Source of the DNA: a virus | Direction: 5' to 3' (one strand) | IMG/VR virus record: IMGVR_UViG_3300027126_000006 | Length of the DNA stretch: 64,000 nucleotides | Shown here: one piece after another, positions 61,251-64,000 of the stretch | How the letters are laid out: the number at the start of each line of letters is the position of its first letter | Numbering within the stretch: the stretch's first letter is position 1 | Translations under genes and position numbers: made by a program | The notes under the pieces: generated by a model | Seen by the model: only the letters and a program-made list of their open reading frames with translations | Told to the model about the DNA's origin: nothing | Database searches by the model: none

Positions 61251-62360
61251 TTAGTTTGCTGCCAGAAGGATCATGTCCTCGTTGATTCGAGCTCGAGGGC
61301 TAGAAGCCTTAGCCTTGACAGCTTTCCAAGCATTAGCCATAGCACGCTTACCTGTAGATGCAAGTCCCTTAAAGAACTTCTCCGGATCACGAAGAGTCTT
61401 AACAGACGACTTCTCGACATCGTAATTTGTGACTGACATCCCACTGACGCCAAGATAACCATTATCGGCACCATAGTATACAATCAACTTACGATTAGCT
61501 GTATTGTACACCCACAGCTCGGATGCCCCAATGATCTTATCAGCAGTAATTGACTTCAATTTCAACTCAGGAAACTCTTTCATGTAAACCATATTCTTAG
61601 CAACTACTGAAGCAGGTTTAGCTTTGCGAGCGCGCGGCTTGCGTTGAGCTTTAGCAGATACAGCTTGCTGGTTACAATCAGCAACAATCTGTCGCATGAA
61701 TTCAGCATACGCTTTCAATCCACGCTTAGTATATTGGCCGTACCCTTCTTTCAGTTGAACGTCTTTACCAGCAATCGCTTCATCGAGCTCAGCAAGAACT
61801 CCTTCAAACATCGCACCAATCTTCTTGGCAACGACACCGGACACCTGCTTAGATAGCAGGAACGACTTCATAGAGAACTCGGTTCCGTTAATTAAGTAAT
61901 CGTCAATCGCTCCTTCAACTTCACCCGCTGCAACTCGAGCAGACTCGTTAATACGATCTTGGACAGAGATCGTCTGTCCAGTTGATTGAATCGTAACGGC
62001 AGCAGGTTTTGGCCTTGCATACTTAACTTGAAGTTTCTCGATAGAGACGAGAAGAGATTCAAGAGTATTCAGATCGACGTATTGGTCTCGCATCACGAGA
62101 CGGCCAATCACACCAATCGGTCGAATATCCGAGAATGAAGCCTTGCTAAGGAGATAGGTTGTGTCTTTAACCTTAGCAACCTTAGTCATATACTTCTCTG
62201 CTGAAGAACGATAATCCTTTTCTTCCCAGTTAGCATTATACCAATTCAATGCTTTGATTAGGTCAGCCTTGAAAGACTCTTTGGTGGTGATCGGCTCGAT
62301 GCCACGAATGATAGCCATCGAAGTCTCGATGGACTGCTTGCGACGTTTAGTTACAGCCAT
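61251..62360 (-). CDS. conserved T4-like hypothetical early protein
   Basis: ALNWYN, QLKEGY, IIGASELWVYNT.NRKL, KTLR.PE and RINEDMILL. Confidence 0.75.
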   Translation of the reverse strand: MAVTKRRKQSIETSMAIIRGIEPITTKESFKADLIKALNWYNANWEEKDYRSSAEKYMTKVAKVKDTTYLLSKASFSDIRPIGVIGRLVMRDQYVDLNTLESLLVSIEKLQVKYARPKPAAVTIQSTGQTISVQDRINESARVAAGEVEGAIDDYLINGTEFSMKSFLLSKQVSGVVAKKIGAMFEGVLAELDEAIAGKDVQLKEGYGQYTKRGLKAYAEFMRQIVADCNQQAVSAKAQRKPRARKAKPASVVAKNMVYMKEFPELKLKSITADKIIGASELWVYNTANRKLIVYYGADNGYLGVSGMSVTNYDVEKSSVKTLRDPEKFFKGLASTGKRAMANAWKAVKAKASSPRARINEDMILLAAN

Positions 62361-62386
62361 AATGGTTCTCCATTCAACAAGACATC

Positions 62387-62415
62387 ATTATAGTCTGCTT
62401 GCGAATTAATGTCAA
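62387..62415 (-). promoter_or_regulatory. early promoter TTGACA-N17-TATAAT
   Basis: gaattaatgtcaac motif. Confidence 0.85.
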
Positions 62416-62433
62416 CAGCCAAAAACAACCGGG

Positions 62434-62706
62434 TTATTGCGCTTCGTTTTTGATGTTGACAACCATTTCGTAGAGCTGTTCGAACTCATCTTGAATGGCA
62501 ACCTCTTCACTAAAGCTCTGTTTGTGGTAGACACGGATCATCTTGTTTACTTGCTTCTTTGGAATCTGATATGTATCAGAGATATCCTTGGCAATATCTT
62601 TAATCAGGTCACGCTCGGCACCAATCCGAGTCATTGAGTTGGATGCTTCTTGAAGAGCATCGCGAATTTTCTTTCGATCATATGTAGAACTAATAGTCAT
62701 AATCAC
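62434..62706 (-). CDS. dsbA: double-stranded DNA-binding protein DsbA
   Basis: EASNSMTRI.AERD.IKDI...KMIRVYHKQSF..E...FEQLYE. Confidence 0.85.
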   Translation of the reverse strand: MIMTISSTYDRKKIRDALQEASNSMTRIGAERDLIKDIAKDISDTYQIPKKQVNKMIRVYHKQSFSEEVAIQDEFEQLYEMVVNIKNEAQ

Positions 62707-62709
62707 CTC

Positions 62710-62982
62710 TCAATTATAAGATAAAACTTCTGTCACAGATTCCCACTTAAAGCTTCGCCACTCCCCTTTATCGAGATCGAATACTCGTTGCGTGGTTTCA
62801 GAAGAGCTGCTACCTGAACCTTTCGGCCGTTTGTCGACGGGGATGAGAGATTCTGCGAGGGTGCAGCGCATAGTTCGCGTTGTACCATCGGATTTTTCAA
62901 AAGTAATGCGCAGATCTTGTTTTGATTCGTCATGCAGTAGGCCCTTTACCTTTTGTTTAGTTTCTTCGTCAATGAACATCAC
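62710..62982 (-). CDS. WYL_2 / SH3-like domain protein
   Basis: ITFEKSDGTTRTMRCTL...VFDLDKGEWRSF. Confidence 0.8.
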   Translation of the reverse strand: MMFIDEETKQKVKGLLHDESKQDLRITFEKSDGTTRTMRCTLAESLIPVDKRPKGSGSSSSETTQRVFDLDKGEWRSFKWESVTEVLSYN

Positions 62983-63004
62983 GTTTCTCCATAACTAAAG
63001 CACT

Positions 63005-63033
63005 ATATTATCTCATTATGTACTTAACGTCAA
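63005..63033 (-). promoter_or_regulatory. promoter TTGACG-N17-TAATAT
   Basis: variant of the early motif. Confidence 0.55.
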
Positions 63034-63035
63034 CT

Positions 63036-64000
63036 TTATTTCCAGTACTTACTTTCTGGGTTGAATACTGGATGTTCTGTCGCTCCGATCGCTGTAGCAA
63101 CATCATCTGACATCTTCACGTTTGTTTGTATAGTGATTGACTTGTGGTTGGTAGGGACCTCTTCTTTAGGCTCAGGTGCGATTACATCAGGTACAGGTTC
63201 CACTAACGGCTCGGGATCAGGTACTGGAGGTTGGACTGCTGGTATATCTACAGGTTTGCGAGTATGTAGTAGAGACCAATTCGCTGCAATTAGCATGATC
63301 ACAGCTAAGGGATCGAACACCGACACAATGAGGATGATTACCCACCGTACAGACTTCTCGAGAAGATTCTGGTCAATGGAGTCGCCGTAGATCAGAGATG
63401 CGATGTACTTTATAGGCCCAACTTCTGCCTCGACTTTTCGGATCTCGGCGGCTTTGGGCGATCGCTCTTCTCTAAGTCGCCCAATCTCTTTAGAGCTCTC
63501 TGCAATCTGGTTACTGAGGGCAGATCGCTCCTTAGCTTGTTGACGCCTGATTGTAATTGATCGGTCGACTGCTCTTGTGTCCGTGTCCTTACTCGATCTC
63601 GTAATAGTCTCATTAACTTGAGCATCCAATTGTGTAAGAGATTTACGAGCTTCATTTATCTTTTCCTGTTCTGTTTTTATCTTCTCGTCAATTAGATCTA
63701 CCTGAGCTTGTATATCGGCTGTTGGAACGCCTTGATCAAGATGAGCCTTTGACAGATATCCAAAGATTCCCATCGAAGTAAGAAACATCAGAATGATAAG
63801 AGCCAGTGTCAGATAGCTCTTCATAAGAATTGGAATTTCCTTCCAATTCCTGTACAACCATGAAGCAACAATTAACTTAGATGCCTCTAGTGCAGATCCC
63901 ATCACTGCAATAGAAATAGGGGCTGATGCAAAGATAGCCATCAACCCAACAATGGAGTAAAACGCTGCAATCCCTGATAGTGCTAGGGCATTTGCAAATA
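63036..64000 (-). CDS. membrane protein with coiled coil (start lies beyond the window end)
   Basis: frame stays open to the edge (FANALALSGIAAFYSIVGLMAIF); TSMGIFGYLSKAH, EVGPIKYIA and VFDPLAV. Confidence 0.75.
   Translation of the reverse strand, partial: FANALALSGIAAFYSIVGLMAIFASAPISIAVMGSALEASKLIVASWLYRNWKEIPILMKSYLTLALIILMFLTSMGIFGYLSKAHLDQGVPTADIQAQVDLIDEKIKTEQEKINEARKSLTQLDAQVNETITRSSKDTDTRAVDRSITIRRQQAKERSALSNQIAESSKEIGRLREERSPKAAEIRKVEAEVGPIKYIASLIYGDSIDQNLLEKSVRWVIILIVSVFDPLAVIMLIAANWSLLHTRKPVDIPAVQPPVPDPEPLVEPVPDVIAPEPKEEVPTNHKSITIQTNVKMSDDVATAIGATEHPVFNPESKYWK

Noticed and set aside
1-64000. Stop-codon recoding
   Set aside because: Core genes are full length in the standard code, all three stops are used, and no suppressor tRNA was found

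Overview
This 64 kb window comes from a large T4-like (myovirus) dsDNA phage genome. The host is probably a Betaproteobacterium, which is inferred from the tmRNA tag ANDEVFALAA and the accessory gene types. 1-29.9 kb is the late baseplate/tail module: DUF4815, gp8, gp7, gp6, gp25, PAAR, two collagen-like tail fibres, LamG proteins, gp5 with GH19 and M15 domains, gp53, gp48, gp4, gp2, gp54-like, gp16, gp26/gp51 and a gp29-like protein. 30-32 kb holds gp32, gp59 and gp33. 32-64 kb is a minus-strand early/accessory region driven by about 16 near-identical sigma70 promoters. It carries ClpP-like, SleB, Cas4-like, GH19, PhoH, HNH, DenV-like, DUF3445, rubrerythrin/rubredoxin, two deaminase, RNase H and DsbA genes, 10 tRNA genes and a circularly permuted tmRNA. 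The most unusual signals are RNA-level. (1) A 93-nt tRNA appears to carry two Ile anticodon arms (UAU plus an extra GAU stem-loop). (2) Four unrelated structured RNA inserts are each clamped by the same covarying 17-bp stem, fused to tRNA CCA/5' ends, and sit in an operon with an rrn-like boxB-boxA leader. (3) Two further unexplained structured ncRNAs are present. (4) There is a likely -1 frameshift joining gp26 and gp51. (5) A consensus promoter points antisense into the gp4 nuclease gene. All calls come from reading motifs by eye; no database searches were run.
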